Shown: positions 18,288-29,242, counted from the stretch's first letter. The stretch is DNA of 64,000 nucleotides from Chloroflexota bacterium (GCA_022565155.1 JADFKB010000001.1:17170-81169); one strand, 5' to 3'. Numbers and translations are program-made. The notes: generated from the letters alone by a model not told the origin.

Positions 18288-18851
18288 ATGTTCGATAGCT
18301 GGGAATCGACCGTCGCGGTGGTCGTCGTCATCCTGATCGCCTACGCGGTCGTCCTGTCCATCGGAGCGATCTACTGGACGTACCGGGACGTACGCGGCCG
18401 CACGCGGGACGGCTGGGCGCAAGCCGTCTCGGTGCTGCTGGTAGCCATCTTCAACATGCCGGGCCTCTTGCTCTACCTGATCCTGCGCCCCCACGAAACG
18501 CTGAACGAAGCCTACGAGCGCAGATTGGAGGCAGAGGTGCTGATGCGCGAGATGCCGGAGGAGCGTCCCGCCTGCCCCGGTTGCCAGCGCCCGATCAGCG
18601 AGGAGTTCATCGTCTGTCCGCAGTGCCGCACCAAGCTGCGCCAGCCCTGCGCGAGCTGCGGCCGGCCGCTGGACCTAAACTGGACGGCCTGTCCCTACTG
18701 CGCCACTCCCAGCGCCCGCGCTGAGACATCTCCGCCAGCATCTTCCGCTGCCCAAGACGGCCCGCCGCCGCCAGCCGAAGAGCCGACGGCAGCGACCTCT
18801 ACGAGCAGCATCTCAGCGAAGAGCCCCACGCCCTCCGCCGCCAAAGAGTAG
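18288..18851 (+). CDS. Membrane-anchored PLDc_N-domain / double zinc-ribbon protein
   Basis: N-terminal two-TM segment with a W...D...W...LLYLILRP pattern (PLDc_N-like), then CPGCQRP...CPQCRTKL...CASCGRP...CPYC zinc ribbons and an Ala/Pro/Ser-rich tail. Confidence 0.6.
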   Translation: MFDSWESTVAVVVVILIAYAVVLSIGAIYWTYRDVRGRTRDGWAQAVSVLLVAIFNMPGLLLYLILRPHETLNEAYERRLEAEVLMREMPEERPACPGCQRPISEEFIVCPQCRTKLRQPCASCGRPLDLNWTACPYCATPSARAETSPPASSAAQDGPPPPAEEPTAATSTSSISAKSPTPSAAKE

Positions 18852-18923
18852 CGTACGCTCTGCTCGCTACGGCTACTCGGCGAGCGCTGCACCGTTCACG
18901 CGTAGATGCGCGAGCGAGCGCGG

Positions 18924-19862
18924 CTAACCGATCTCCGAGGCTAGTTTCGTGATGTCTACGTGCTGCTGAACCAGCTCGCTTGCGCGGGCGACCTTGCGGC
19001 GGCCGGAGAAGCGCGTGCGGCCGTACAGCTCGTCGACGAGCTCTACTGTGCGCACGGTGTCTTCGGGGGAGAGCAGCACAGTAACGTTCGTATCACCGCC
19101 GCCGAGCCTGTCGAGCAGGTAGGGGCTGGGCTGCTGGCCGCCGGTGAGGATCAGACAGTCCGGCTCCGTCGCCAGAGCCGCCAGGTGCAGGTCCATCTTG
19201 TCGAAGCGGTTGACCACGGCCTTCGCGCCGTGTTGGAGGAAGTACGGTTGGCCGGGGTCTGCGCTGACCGGGCCGAGCATGACGAACTCGACCGCTTCGT
19301 CCTCTTCTCCAGTGTCGACGAGGCGCGAGGCGTGGAGCGTCTGCGCCATCTCGCGCGGCGTCGGCCCGGCCAGCAGTCGATCTTCCGGCAGCACTGCCAG
19401 GCATCGCAGGCCGCGGTCCTCTAGCGCCTTCCGCGCGGCCGACACCATTCTCTCGGCCTGACGCGTAACGATCACGCCCAGCAGCGCATCGCCGAGCGTA
19501 TTAGCTTCAGATGCGAGATCGCCAGCGCGCTGTTCGTCCGCTTGCGCAGCTACGAGAACGACCCGCGCCGATAGCTTCGAGGCCAGCTCTGCCGCCCAGC
19601 GGGCGCTTCGATGATAGTGAGACCGTCTGTGCCAGCGGCCGCCTGTGCGTCCTGCTCCGTGACGGCGCTCCCTGACGAATCGCAGCCCGGTACCAGCGCC
19701 AGCGCCCGCGCGTCGTCCTCGGCCGGCGCGTCCGCCCCGGTCGCGCTGCGGATGCGCAGCAGCCGGACGCTGCGGTCCTTGAGAGAGGCAGGCGGCGAGG
19801 CCGGCCGCCGTGGCGGTGCGCCCTTCGCCGGGCTGGAGCGAGGCGATGATGATCGTCGGCAT
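18924..19862 (-). CDS. Phosphotransacetylase N-terminal-like / DRTGG domain protein with apparent internal frameshifts
   Basis: N-terminus MPTIIIASLQPGEGRTATAAGLA and C-terminal DCLILTGG...DRLGGGDTNVTVLL (DRTGG) are protein-like; between about 19610 and 19790 the annotated frame is Arg/Gly junk while the -1 frame reads cleanly (KDRSVRLLRIRSATGADAPAEDD...TIIEAPAG). Confidence 0.5.
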   Translation of the reverse strand: MPTIIIASLQPGEGRTATAAGLAACLSQGPQRPAAAHPQRDRGGRAGRGRRAGAGAGTGLRFVRERRHGAGRTGGRWHRRSHYHRSARWAAELASKLSARVVLVAAQADEQRAGDLASEANTLGDALLGVIVTRQAERMVSAARKALEDRGLRCLAVLPEDRLLAGPTPREMAQTLHASRLVDTGEEDEAVEFVMLGPVSADPGQPYFLQHGAKAVVNRFDKMDLHLAALATEPDCLILTGGQQPSPYLLDRLGGGDTNVTVLLSPEDTVRTVELVDELYGRTRFSGRRKVARASELVQQHVDITKLASEIG

Positions 19863-19944
19863 CGGCGCCAGTATAGCGAGCCACGTGGGCGCAGTCGACC
19901 GCCGCTTGCCCGCGAGTCTCGGCCGTCGTTAGAATGCCAGCGGT

Positions 19945-20020
19945 GCCGAGGTAGCTCAGTCGGTAGAGCACTGCACTGAAAATGCAGGTGTCGGCAGTTC
20001 GAGTCTGCCCCTCGGCACCA
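19945..20020 (+). tRNA. tRNA-Phe (GAA)
   Basis: GCCGAGG/CCTCGGC acceptor stem, GCTCAGTCGGTAGAGC D-arm, anticodon loop CTGAAAA, GGTTCGAGTC T-arm, 3' CCA encoded. Confidence 0.9.
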
Positions 20021-20031
20021 GACTCTACACT

Positions 20032-20307
20032 GTGGTGAAAGAAGGGAGTAACATGATGGAACGCTTACGGAGTATCTGGAGAGCGCTGAATAGCGAGGAG
20101 GGCCACGCTTTGCCGTTCCTCGGCGTGTTGCCGGCTGCGGCCGGCGCTGTCCTGCTTGGCATCGGCGCGGCAAACGATACCGACTGGATGGCCATAGCCG
20201 GCGGCATCGCGCTGGCGGTCGGGGTGTTCGCGACGCCGATCCTGGCTCACAACAACATCGACTACGCTGTCTACGACCGCCTCAACAAGCTGGAGAAGTC
20301 TGAGTAA
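20032..20307 (+). CDS. Small hypothetical membrane protein
   Basis: 91 aa with two predicted TM helices, no recognisable domain; the true start may be the internal Met codon at about 20053. Confidence 0.4.
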   Translation: MVKEGSNMMERLRSIWRALNSEEGHALPFLGVLPAAAGAVLLGIGAANDTDWMAIAGGIALAVGVFATPILAHNNIDYAVYDRLNKLEKSE

Positions 20308-20398
20308 CGAGCAGAGCCCAGCGATGCAAGCCACCCGTTGGCCGCCAGGGAGCGCCTTAGAGCGCCTGGCCCCAGGCGGATAGAAAGGAACCCCCACA

Positions 20399-20752
20399 AT
20401 GACGCGGCCGGTCGTCCATTTTGAGATCCACGGCAAGGACGGAGCGAAGCTCCAGGAGTTCTACCGGTCGCTCTTCGGCTGGGAGATCGACGCCAACAAC
20501 CCGATGCAGTACGGCATGGTCACGCCCGGCGTCGGCGGCCCGCCGGAAGGCGTCGGCGGCGGCATCACCAGCTCAGACGCAGCGCCGATGGTGACGATCT
20601 ACGTCCAGGTAGTGAGCCTGGACGAGACGCTGGCTAAGGCGGAGAGCATGGGCGGGAAGACCGTCATGCCGCCGATGGACATCCCGGACGGCCCGACGAT
20701 GGCGCGGTTCTCGGACCCCGAGGGCAACGTCATCGGTCTCGTCAAGCAGTAG
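20399..20752 (+). CDS. VOC (glyoxalase/bleomycin-resistance fold) family protein
   Basis: 117 aa; VHFEIHGKD...LFGWEI...FSDPEGNVIGL pattern typical of small VOC proteins. Confidence 0.7.
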   Translation: MTRPVVHFEIHGKDGAKLQEFYRSLFGWEIDANNPMQYGMVTPGVGGPPEGVGGGITSSDAAPMVTIYVQVVSLDETLAKAESMGGKTVMPPMDIPDGPTMARFSDPEGNVIGLVKQ

Positions 20753-20763
20753 CGCTGACGCCG

Positions 20764-21954
20764 CTACGCCGGCGCGTCCGCGAAGCGCGGCAGCACCTTC
20801 GTGGCGAAGAGTTCCAACGAGCGCATGATCTTGTCGTGCGGCGTCAGGCCGATGTACGTCCAGGCGAAGAGCCAGCGCACCGGCGTCTGCTCCAATAGCG
20901 CTTCCATCTGGCGGCTGACGCTATCCGGCGTCCCGACGAGCAGCATGCCGAGCTCCATCATCTCCTGCGGCGTGAACCGCTCGCGGCCCGGCTCCGTCAA
21001 CCCGCGATCGAAGCCGAACGGAGCGAACCAGGCCGCGCCGCAGAACGCGCCCGAGTTGCCCCACAGCGCCAGCGCCTCCTCATCGCTGTCGGCGACGACG
21101 ACGTCACGCAGAACGCCCAGTCCTTCGCCGGGAGCGAGGCTGCGGCCGGCCTTCGTCGCCTCGTCGTGGTAGACCTCGTAGAGCTGGTTCTGGAGCGATG
21201 GGTAGAGCGGCGGCAGAATCGCCGTTACCCCCTCGCGCGCGCACCAGCGGATCGTGTCCTCGCTCGATGCGAATGGCTGGAAGATGGGCGGGTGCGGCTT
21301 CTGCAACGGCTTGGGGACGACGCCGATCTGCCGGACGATGTTCGATTCATCGACGCCGGCGCCCCACTGCTTCGTCGCATCGATGTCCCAGGGCGTGCCG
21401 TCGGGCGGGATCTGCCAGAACTTGCCGTGATAGTCCATCATCCCGTCGCTCCAGGCGCGCTTGATGATCTGGAAGTGCTCCTCGAACGCCTGGCGGTTCG
21501 CCTGGTCGATCTCGTCGTGCTCGTACGGCGTCGCGCCGTGGATGCCGTGGAGCTGCTGCGCCATCACGTCCACCCAGCGGCGCTGGTAGCCGCGCGCGAA
21601 GCCGGCGTTGGCGCGGCCGCCGCTCATGTGGTCCAGCATGGCGATATCCTCCGCCACCCGCAGCGGGTTCTGTGAGGGAAGCACGATGCCGAGCTGGCCG
21701 ACGCGGATGCGCTTGGTCTGGAGCGCGACGAAGAGATCGAGCAGAACCGGGTTGTTGGATATCTCAAAGCCTTCGATGTGGAAGTGATGCTCGGTAAACG
21801 AGATCGAGTCGTAGCCGAGCTCGTCGGCGAGCTGCGCCTGCTCCCGCAGTTCTTCTAGCATCTGTTGGTAGAGTTCGGGGCGCAGGCCCGCCATGCCCTT
21901 CTCGATCTCGCCTCGTGACCCGATCGAGGGCAGGTAGAACACGCTCACTTGCAT
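20764..21954 (-). CDS. LLM-class flavin-dependent oxidoreductase (luciferase-like monooxygenase)
   Basis: TIM-barrel LLM motifs (SISFTEHHF, GRANAGFARGY); ATG at 21954 preceded by GGAGGAGG. Confidence 0.8.
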   Translation of the reverse strand: MQVSVFYLPSIGSRGEIEKGMAGLRPELYQQMLEELREQAQLADELGYDSISFTEHHFHIEGFEISNNPVLLDLFVALQTKRIRVGQLGIVLPSQNPLRVAEDIAMLDHMSGGRANAGFARGYQRRWVDVMAQQLHGIHGATPYEHDEIDQANRQAFEEHFQIIKRAWSDGMMDYHGKFWQIPPDGTPWDIDATKQWGAGVDESNIVRQIGVVPKPLQKPHPPIFQPFASSEDTIRWCAREGVTAILPPLYPSLQNQLYEVYHDEATKAGRSLAPGEGLGVLRDVVVADSDEEALALWGNSGAFCGAAWFAPFGFDRGLTEPGRERFTPQEMMELGMLLVGTPDSVSRQMEALLEQTPVRWLFAWTYIGLTPHDKIMRSLELFATKVLPRFADAPA

Positions 21955-22040
21955 CCGATGCCTCCTCCAGCTTGCTTCGTCACCCGCCACAGGGTATGTA
22001 GACAGCAGCGAGACGTCAAGCCTAGAAGGGAAACCCCGAA

Positions 22041-22754
22041 ATGAGACTGAAGGACAAGGTGGCCCTGATCACCGGCGGCGGTTCCGGCATTGGCCGGGCG
22101 ATCGCGCGCGAGTTCGCCGGCGAAGGCGCGAAGCTGCTGATCGCGGAGCTGGACGAGTCGTCCGGCCAGGCCGTCGCGGACGAGATCGGCGAGGCGGCGC
22201 GCTTCCAGCGCTGCGATACGTCGCAGGAATCGGACGTGGAGGCCGCGATCGCCGCCACTATCGATGCGTTCGGGCAGCTGGACATCATGGTGAACAACGC
22301 CGGCGTCGCGCGGCAGGACTGGGACACGACGCTGGCAGTCAACCTCTCGGGCGTCTACTACGGCTGCAAGCACGCCGCAGAGCGCATGGCCGCGCACGGC
22401 GGCGGCTCGATCATCAACCTGTCATCGATACTTGGGCTGGTCGGCATCGGCGGTGAAGACCCCTACGTGGCGGCGAAGCACGGCGTCGTCGGGCTGACGC
22501 GCAACTTCGCCATCGCCTTCGGCGGCCGGGGCGTACGCGTGAACTGCATCAACCCCGGCTGGATCGAGACACCGATGACGGATCCGATTCGTGAATCCGA
22601 GTCGATTCAGCAGCAGGTCGTGACGCAGACGCCGTTAGGCCGCTTCGGCACGCCGGAGGAGGTGGCGAAGGTCGCCCTCTTCCTCGCGTCGGACGAGTCG
22701 TCGTTCGTCACGGGCGCGCCGCTCATCGTCGATGGCGGCTGGACTGCGCATTAG
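22041..22754 (+). CDS. SDR family oxidoreductase
   Basis: TGGGSGIG cofactor motif, [12 protein letters not shown] catalytic motif. Confidence 0.85.
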   Translation: MRLKDKVALITGGGSGIGRAIAREFAGEGAKLLIAELDESSGQAVADEIGEAARFQRCDTSQESDVEAAIAATIDAFGQLDIMVNNAGVARQDWDTTLAVNLSGVYYGCKHAAERMAAHGGGSIINLSSILGLVGIGGEDPYVAAKHGVVGLTRNFAIAFGGRGVRVNCINPGWIETPMTDPIRESESIQQQVVTQTPLGRFGTPEEVAKVALFLASDESSFVTGAPLIVDGGWTAH

Positions 22755-22772
22755 GGGGCAACGTCGAAGACA

Positions 22773-22807
22773 GACGCGCCCTTCCTGTGAATGAGGAAGG
22801 GCGCGTC
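22773..22807. terminator. Strong hairpin terminator serving the SDR gene (+) and tRNA-Thr (-), which converge on it
   Basis: gacgcgcccttcct-gtgaatg-aggaagggcgcgtc, 14-bp stems. Confidence 0.6.
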
Positions 22808-22818
22808 GTATCGTTATC

Positions 22819-22893
22819 TGGAGCCAGCGAAGAGACTCGAACTCTTGACCTGTCGATTACGAATCGACTGCTCTACCACTGAGCTACGCTGGC
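22819..22893 (-). tRNA. tRNA-Thr (CGT)
   Basis: Reverse complement reads GCCAGCG-TA-GCTCAGTGGTAGAGC-A-GTCGA-TTCGTAA-TCGAC-AGGTC-AAGAG-TTCGAGT-CTCTT-CGCTGGC-T-CCA. Confidence 0.9.
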
Positions 22894-22980
22894 TAGGCTA
22901 CGGTCAGTCTAGCGACTGCGCGTTCCGGCGACAACGGCCGTTGGGGCTACAGCGTTACTAGTCGGCGCTGACCGGCGTGT
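22890..22980. repeat. 91-bp direct repeat, copy 1, abutting the 5' end of tRNA-Thr
   Basis: tggctaggctacggtcagtctagcgactgcgcgttccggcgacaacggccgtt...ccggcgtgt; about 95% identical to 24725-24815 and contains a remnant of the GYD gene 3' end. Confidence 0.85.
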
Positions 22981-23482
22981 GAGGGTGCCAATGTGGGCGT
23001 TTGGCTTACCTCTAACTCATGGGAGAAGGGTAAATAGAGAAGAGAAGGAATAGTGCAAAACCGCCATTTTTACCACCTTGCTTGGATCTCCGCAGGCCTG
23101 CCTGTCTGCGACGAAGGAGTACTTGGGTTCGCGTACTTAGTTGGGCAACTGCGCAGATGGGGGACTGTCCGGTGACGCTCTCTGCACCTAGGAAGTATAT
23201 CGCCCGCGCACGACTTTCAAATTATTCAACAACCGCCTATCGGACCTGGTGGGGGTCGCCCCGGATTAGCTCGACATTGCCAGGCAGGACGGCAGATGCT
23301 GCGGATGATGTAAGATGACTCCACTCACGAGGTATCAGGCGCACCATCTCGGCAACGTATCTGCATGAACAATAAGGAACTCACCGAACGCGACATCTGC
23401 AATAAGTTCATCACGCCCGCTGCCAGGCGGCCGGGCTGGCACAGTCCTGCCATCGGGAGTAGAATCGAAGGAAGCGGGTCCA

Positions 23483-24718
<1,236 letters not shown>

Positions 24719-24724
24719 CTCACT

Positions 24725-24815
24725 TGGCTAGGCTACGGTCAGTCTAGCGACTGCGCGTTCCGGCGACAACGGCCGTTCGGGCCACAGCGCTACTAGTCGG
24801 CGCTGGCCGGCGTGT
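24725..24815. repeat. 91-bp direct repeat, copy 2, overlapping the 3' end of the GYD gene
   Basis: Same sequence as 22890-22980 with 5 mismatches. Confidence 0.85.
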
Positions 24816-25122
24816 AGCCGGAGCGCTTCGCCTGACGCATCGCCCGCATCCCTTCCCGAATGGTCATCAGCGGCGTCGTCCTGATCGACTTCACGGAGCC
24901 GCCGGCGGACACGGCGAGCGAGAACGCCGCCGCACTCACGTTGTCCGGCATGTTGGCGATCGCGACGATATCGTAATCGCCGAACGCGAAGTACGCCGAT
25001 TCAATCTTGCCGCCCAGCTTTCGCACGGCGGGCCGGATCGCTTCGATCCTGTCTTGCGGCTTCTTCACCAATTCGGCCCACGCTTCTGGTGTATAGGCGA
25101 CCTCGTACAAGTATCGTGGCAT
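24793..25122 (-). CDS. GYD domain protein
   Basis: 109 aa; YLYEVAYTPEAWAELVKKPQDR...FAFGDYDIV is characteristic of the GYD family. Confidence 0.75.
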   Translation of the reverse strand: MPRYLYEVAYTPEAWAELVKKPQDRIEAIRPAVRKLGGKIESAYFAFGDYDIVAIANMPDNVSAAAFSLAVSAGGSVKSIRTTPLMTIREGMRAMRQAKRSGYTPASAD

Positions 25123-25243
25123 TGTGACCTCCTGCCTTCATGCTCCACTCCGGGGGTTGTTCATCGCCACAAGAATACCCGTCTTTCCGCGATTTTACCA
25201 GCCCGTCACTAGCGACAGGTATCGCTTGCTATACTGCGTAGCC

Positions 25244-25912
25244 ATGAACGAGCTGTTGTTCGTCGATGCAACGGAAGAGTTGCAGGCGCTCGCTACTGAG
25301 CTGGAGCGGGCGGGTTTCCACATCCGCAGCTGTCCTCTCGACGAGGCAGCGGAGCAGATCTCCGGCGGGGAGCAGGTAGATGCGCTGCTGATCAACCTGA
25401 CGGCGGAACCAGCAGACGCGGCCATTCGCGAACTGCTCCACGCCGGACGCCTGCCGCCGCACACTGCCACAGTCGCCATCCTCGGCATTGAGCAGCTGCG
25501 CGGGCCGGAGGCCGAGCTGCCGATCGATGAACTGATCGTCTTCCCGGCGCCAGCGGAGGAGGCGATCGCGCGTATTCGGCGGGCGATACGCCGCCGGGCC
25601 GGGCCGGAGAGCGCCCACGTCCTGCGCTGCGGCGACCTGACGATCGACCAGGCGAGTTACAGAGTGTTCGTCGCAGGCCGGCCGGTCGATCTGACGTACA
25701 AGGAGTACGAGCTGCTGAAGTTCCTGGCGCAGAATCAGGACAAGGTCTGCACCCGCGAGATGCTGCTCAGCCGCGTCTGGGGCTACGACTTCTACGGCGG
25801 CGGCCGCACCGTGGATGTCCACATCCGACGGCTGCGCAGCAAGATCGAAGACCGCGGCCACACCTTCATCCAGACCGTGCGCAACGTCGGCTACCGCATC
25901 CACGCCGGATAA
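25244..25912 (+). CDS. glnR: OmpR-family winged-helix regulator with a degenerate receiver domain (GlnR-like orphan response regulator)
   Basis: C-terminal trans_reg_C domain (LTYKEYELLKFLAQNQDKVCTREMLLSRVWG...RTVDVHIRRLRSKIE); the receiver domain lacks the acidic pair and the conserved Lys; directly upstream of amt-glnK-glnA, and GlnR-type boxes are present at two promoters in the cluster. Confidence 0.6.
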   Translation: MNELLFVDATEELQALATELERAGFHIRSCPLDEAAEQISGGEQVDALLINLTAEPADAAIRELLHAGRLPPHTATVAILGIEQLRGPEAELPIDELIVFPAPAEEAIARIRRAIRRRAGPESAHVLRCGDLTIDQASYRVFVAGRPVDLTYKEYELLKFLAQNQDKVCTREMLLSRVWGYDFYGGGRTVDVHIRRLRSKIEDRGHTFIQTVRNVGYRIHAG

Positions 25913-25961
25913 CACGCCGCCTACACACAGACGAAACTGCCCCCTCCTATTTGTGAAGTCT

Positions 25962-25999
25962 GTAACGTAATCGTAACATGCGCGAAACATCGTAGAAAC
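25962..25999 (+). promoter_or_regulatory. Predicted GlnR-box array upstream of amt
   Basis: GTAAC-gtaatc-GTAAC-atgcgc-GAAAC-atcgta-GAAAC: four pentamers each separated by 6 nt (11-bp phasing), matching the gTnAc-n6-GaAAc actinobacterial GlnR consensus. Confidence 0.55.
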
Positions 26000-26066
26000 C
26001 TCTATCCAGCAGACTGCGAATAACGGGGTGAGCGCGCGTGCGCTGGAGTTGGAGGAGGTCTCTACG

Positions 26067-27323
26067 ATGATCGATACCGGCGATACTGCGTGGATGTTGG
26101 TATCCACGGCACTTGTCATGTTCATGACACCGGGCCTTGCATTCTTCTATGCGGGCCTGGTGCGCAGCAAGAACGTGCTCTCGACGATGATGCACAGCTT
26201 CATCGTCATCGGCTTGGTCTCTGTGCTTTGGGTCATTGTCGGCTACTCGCTGGCCTTCGGTTCGGACTGGTTTGGGGGCTTAGTCGGCAATCCGGCGGAC
26301 TACTTCGGCATGAAGGACGTGGGGCAAGAGCCGGGGCCGTACGCGCCCACCATCCCGCACATGCTATTCATGGTCTTCCAGATGACGTTCGCGATTATCA
26401 CGCCGGCGCTGATCACGGGCGCGTTCGCGGAGCGGGCGAAGTTCGGCCCCTTCCTCGTCTTCATGGCCCTGTGGTCGCTCCTCGTCTACGCACCGATCGC
26501 CCACTGGGTCTGGGGCGACGGCGGCTGGCTGCAGGACCTCTGGGGCGGAGTCGCGCTCGACTTTGCCGGCGGCACTGTTGTGCATATCAACGCTGGTGCC
26601 GCAGCGCTCGTCGCCGCGATCCTGTACGGCAGGCGCAGGGGCTACGGTACAGAGCCGATGCAACCGCACAACATTCCGTTTGTCTTGCTGGGAGCGGCGA
26701 TCCTCTGGTTCGGCTGGTTTGGCTTCAACGCCGGTAGCGCGCTGGCTGCAGGGGACCCTGGGGGTGATTTCCCAAGCATCGCCACGAACGCCTTCGTTGT
26801 TACGTTCGTCGCGACGGCCGCCGCCATGGTGACCTGGGCCTTGCTGAGTTGGGCGCTGGCAGGCAAGCCGAGCCCCGTCGGCGTGGCCGCGGGCGTGGTC
26901 GCCGGACTCGTCGCCATCACACCCGCCGCCGGCTTCGTCGACGTGATGCCGGCGCTCGCGATTGGCGTCGGCGCCGGTCTATTCTGCTACGGCGCGGTGC
27001 AGTTCCGCATCAAGATGCGGCTAGACGACTCGCTCGATGTCGTCGGCGTGCACGGCGTCGGCGGCGCCTGGGGCGCCTTCGCGACCGGCATCTTCGCGGT
27101 CGCCACCGTCAGCGGCGCCTCCGGGCTGATCGACGACAACGCCGGCCAGCTCGCCCGGCAGTTGACGGGGATCGGCTCAACCATGGCCTACTCCTTCATC
27201 GTCACCTTCCTTATCTTGAAGGTGCTGGACCTGACGGTCGGCCTGCGGGTTACTGAGGATGCGGAACAAGTCGGCGTCGACACCTCCGAGCACGGAGAGC
27301 GTGGCTACGTCTTCGATGTGTAG
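26067..27323 (+). CDS. amt: Ammonium transporter
   Basis: Amt/MEP family 11-TM protein; ATG at 26067 preceded by GGAGGAGG; conserved motifs (DFAGGTVVHINAG, GAWGA). Confidence 0.9.
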   Translation: MIDTGDTAWMLVSTALVMFMTPGLAFFYAGLVRSKNVLSTMMHSFIVIGLVSVLWVIVGYSLAFGSDWFGGLVGNPADYFGMKDVGQEPGPYAPTIPHMLFMVFQMTFAIITPALITGAFAERAKFGPFLVFMALWSLLVYAPIAHWVWGDGGWLQDLWGGVALDFAGGTVVHINAGAAALVAAILYGRRRGYGTEPMQPHNIPFVLLGAAILWFGWFGFNAGSALAAGDPGGDFPSIATNAFVVTFVATAAAMVTWALLSWALAGKPSPVGVAAGVVAGLVAITPAAGFVDVMPALAIGVGAGLFCYGAVQFRIKMRLDDSLDVVGVHGVGGAWGAFATGIFAVATVSGASGLIDDNAGQLARQLTGIGSTMAYSFIVTFLILKVLDLTVGLRVTEDAEQVGVDTSEHGERGYVFDV

Positions 27324-27416
27324 CTCGGAGCCGAAGGCTCGCATGAGAACGAACGGATCGCCCATCGCTGCCGGCGCGTTCACACCGGCTGACGTGGCTA
27401 GCAAGAGAGGAATCTG

Positions 27417-27758
27417 ATGAAGAAGATCGAAGCGATCATCCGGCCAGAGAAGCTGGACGCGGTGAAGAGCGATCTGGAAGCCGCCGGCTTCCTGGGCCTG
27501 AACATCGTCCACGTGACCGGCCGAGGCGTGCAGAAAGGCATCGTCCACACCGGCCGCGGCGGTGAGACCTACGCGGTAGACATGCTGCCGAAGCTGAAGA
27601 TCGAAGTCGTCGCCAAAGACGCCGATGCGCAGAAGGTGGTCGAAACGATCATCAATGCTGCCAAGACCGGCAACATCGGCGATGGCAAGATCTTCGTGAC
27701 GGCAGTGGAAGAAGCGATCCGGGTGCGCACCGGTGAGCGAGGAGAGGACGTCGTCTAA
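27417..27758 (+). CDS. glnK: Nitrogen regulatory protein P-II
   Basis: 113 aa; MKKIEAIIRPEKLDAVK N-terminus, T-loop region, and position between amt and glnA. Confidence 0.9.
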   Translation: MKKIEAIIRPEKLDAVKSDLEAAGFLGLNIVHVTGRGVQKGIVHTGRGGETYAVDMLPKLKIEVVAKDADAQKVVETIINAAKTGNIGDGKIFVTAVEEAIRVRTGERGEDVV

Positions 27759-27791
27759 CGACGGCGCCACAGTGAGTGAGGAGGGCCGGTT

Positions 27792-29222
27792 GTGACACCG
27801 GAGGAAATCGCCACGTTTATCAAAGAGAACGATATCAAGATGGTCGACCTGAAGTTCAACGACCTGCCGGGCCTCTGGCAGCACTTCTCCCTACCCGTGT
27901 CTGAAGTCGTCGGAGACGACGGCAAGCCGACGAGCATGTGGGAGGAGGGTGTCGGGTTCGACGGCTCCAGCATCCGCGGGTTCCAGAAAATCCAAGAGAG
28001 CGACATGATCTTGATCCTGGATCCTGACACCGCGGTCCTCGATCCGATGCTGAGGGTACCTACGCTCAGCGTAATCTGCGATATCCTCGACCCGCTGACG
28101 CGGACACCCTACACTCGCGATCCTCGCTACATCGCGAAGAAGGCTGAAACGTATCTAAAGTCGACCGGTATCGCGGACACCAGCTACTGGGGCCCTGAAG
28201 CGGAGTTCTTCATCTTCGACGACGTCCGATTCGATCAGACGGAAAACTCCGGCTACTACTACATCGACTCCGTGGAAGGCGCATGGAACAGCGGCCGGGA
28301 GGAGAACCCCAACCTGGGATACAAGCCGCGATTCAAGGAAGGCTACTTCCCTACCCCCCCTCACGACTCGCTTCAAGACCTGCGTACCGACATCGTGCTG
28401 GAGATGGCCAAGGTCGGCATCCCGATCGAGGTGCACCACCACGAAGTCGCGACGGCCGGCCAGTGCGAGATCACGATGCGCTACGACGAGCTGCTGAAGG
28501 TGACAGACCGGTTGATGTGGTACCGCTACATCGTCAAGAACGTCTCTCGCCAGAACAACAAGGTGGCGACGTTCATGCCCAAGCCGCTCTTCGGCGACAA
28601 CGGCTCCGGTATGCACACGCATCAGAGCCTCTGGAAGGACGGCACCAACCTCTTCTTCGATAAGGACGGGTACGCCCTTACCAGCGAGACAGCTCGTTTC
28701 TATACCGGCGGCCTGCTGAAGCACGGCCGCTCGCTAATGGCACTCTGCGCGCCGACGACGAACTCCTACAAGCGCCTCGTCCCCGGCTTCGAAGCGCCGG
28801 TAAACTTGGTCTACTCCGCCCGAAACCGCAGCGCCGCCGTCCGCATCCCCGTCTACACAGACAACCCCAACAGCAAGCGGCTGGAGTTCCGTCCTCCGGA
28901 CAGCACCTGCAACCCGTACCTGGCGTTCTCCGCGATGCTCATGGCCGGCCTGGACGGGATCCAGAACAAGATCGACCCAGGCGAGCCGCTCGACCGGAAC
29001 ACCTACGAGCTGTCCGCTGAAGAGGAGGCGCAGCTTCGCACTGTGCCGGGCTCGCTGGAAGAGGCATTGGACGAGCTGGAAGCGGACCACGACTACCTGC
29101 TCAAGGGAGATGTCTTCACCCAGGACGTGCTGGACGTCTGGATCGAGTTCAAGCGCCAGCAGATCGACGAACTTCGTCTGCGGCCGCATCCTTACGAGTT
29201 CTACCTCTACTTTGATATCTAA
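27792..29222 (+). CDS. glnA: Glutamine synthetase, type I
   Basis: 476 aa; GS beta-grasp and catalytic domain motifs ([17 protein letters not shown], adenylylation-loop region); GTG start after GAGGAGGG. Confidence 0.9.
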   Translation: MTPEEIATFIKENDIKMVDLKFNDLPGLWQHFSLPVSEVVGDDGKPTSMWEEGVGFDGSSIRGFQKIQESDMILILDPDTAVLDPMLRVPTLSVICDILDPLTRTPYTRDPRYIAKKAETYLKSTGIADTSYWGPEAEFFIFDDVRFDQTENSGYYYIDSVEGAWNSGREENPNLGYKPRFKEGYFPTPPHDSLQDLRTDIVLEMAKVGIPIEVHHHEVATAGQCEITMRYDELLKVTDRLMWYRYIVKNVSRQNNKVATFMPKPLFGDNGSGMHTHQSLWKDGTNLFFDKDGYALTSETARFYTGGLLKHGRSLMALCAPTTNSYKRLVPGFEAPVNLVYSARNRSAAVRIPVYTDNPNSKRLEFRPPDSTCNPYLAFSAMLMAGLDGIQNKIDPGEPLDRNTYELSAEEEAQLRTVPGSLEEALDELEADHDYLLKGDVFTQDVLDVWIEFKRQQIDELRLRPHPYEFYLYFDI

Positions 29223-29242
29223 CCGATCGTAGCCCGATCTCA

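Noticed and set aside
19550-20173. 207-aa minus-strand ORF running through tRNA-Phe
   Set aside because: It spans the tRNA antisense and has a junk N-terminus. Only its central stretch (about 19610-19790) looks protein-like, and I interpret that as the true frame of the frameshifted Pta-N-like gene, not as an independent gene.
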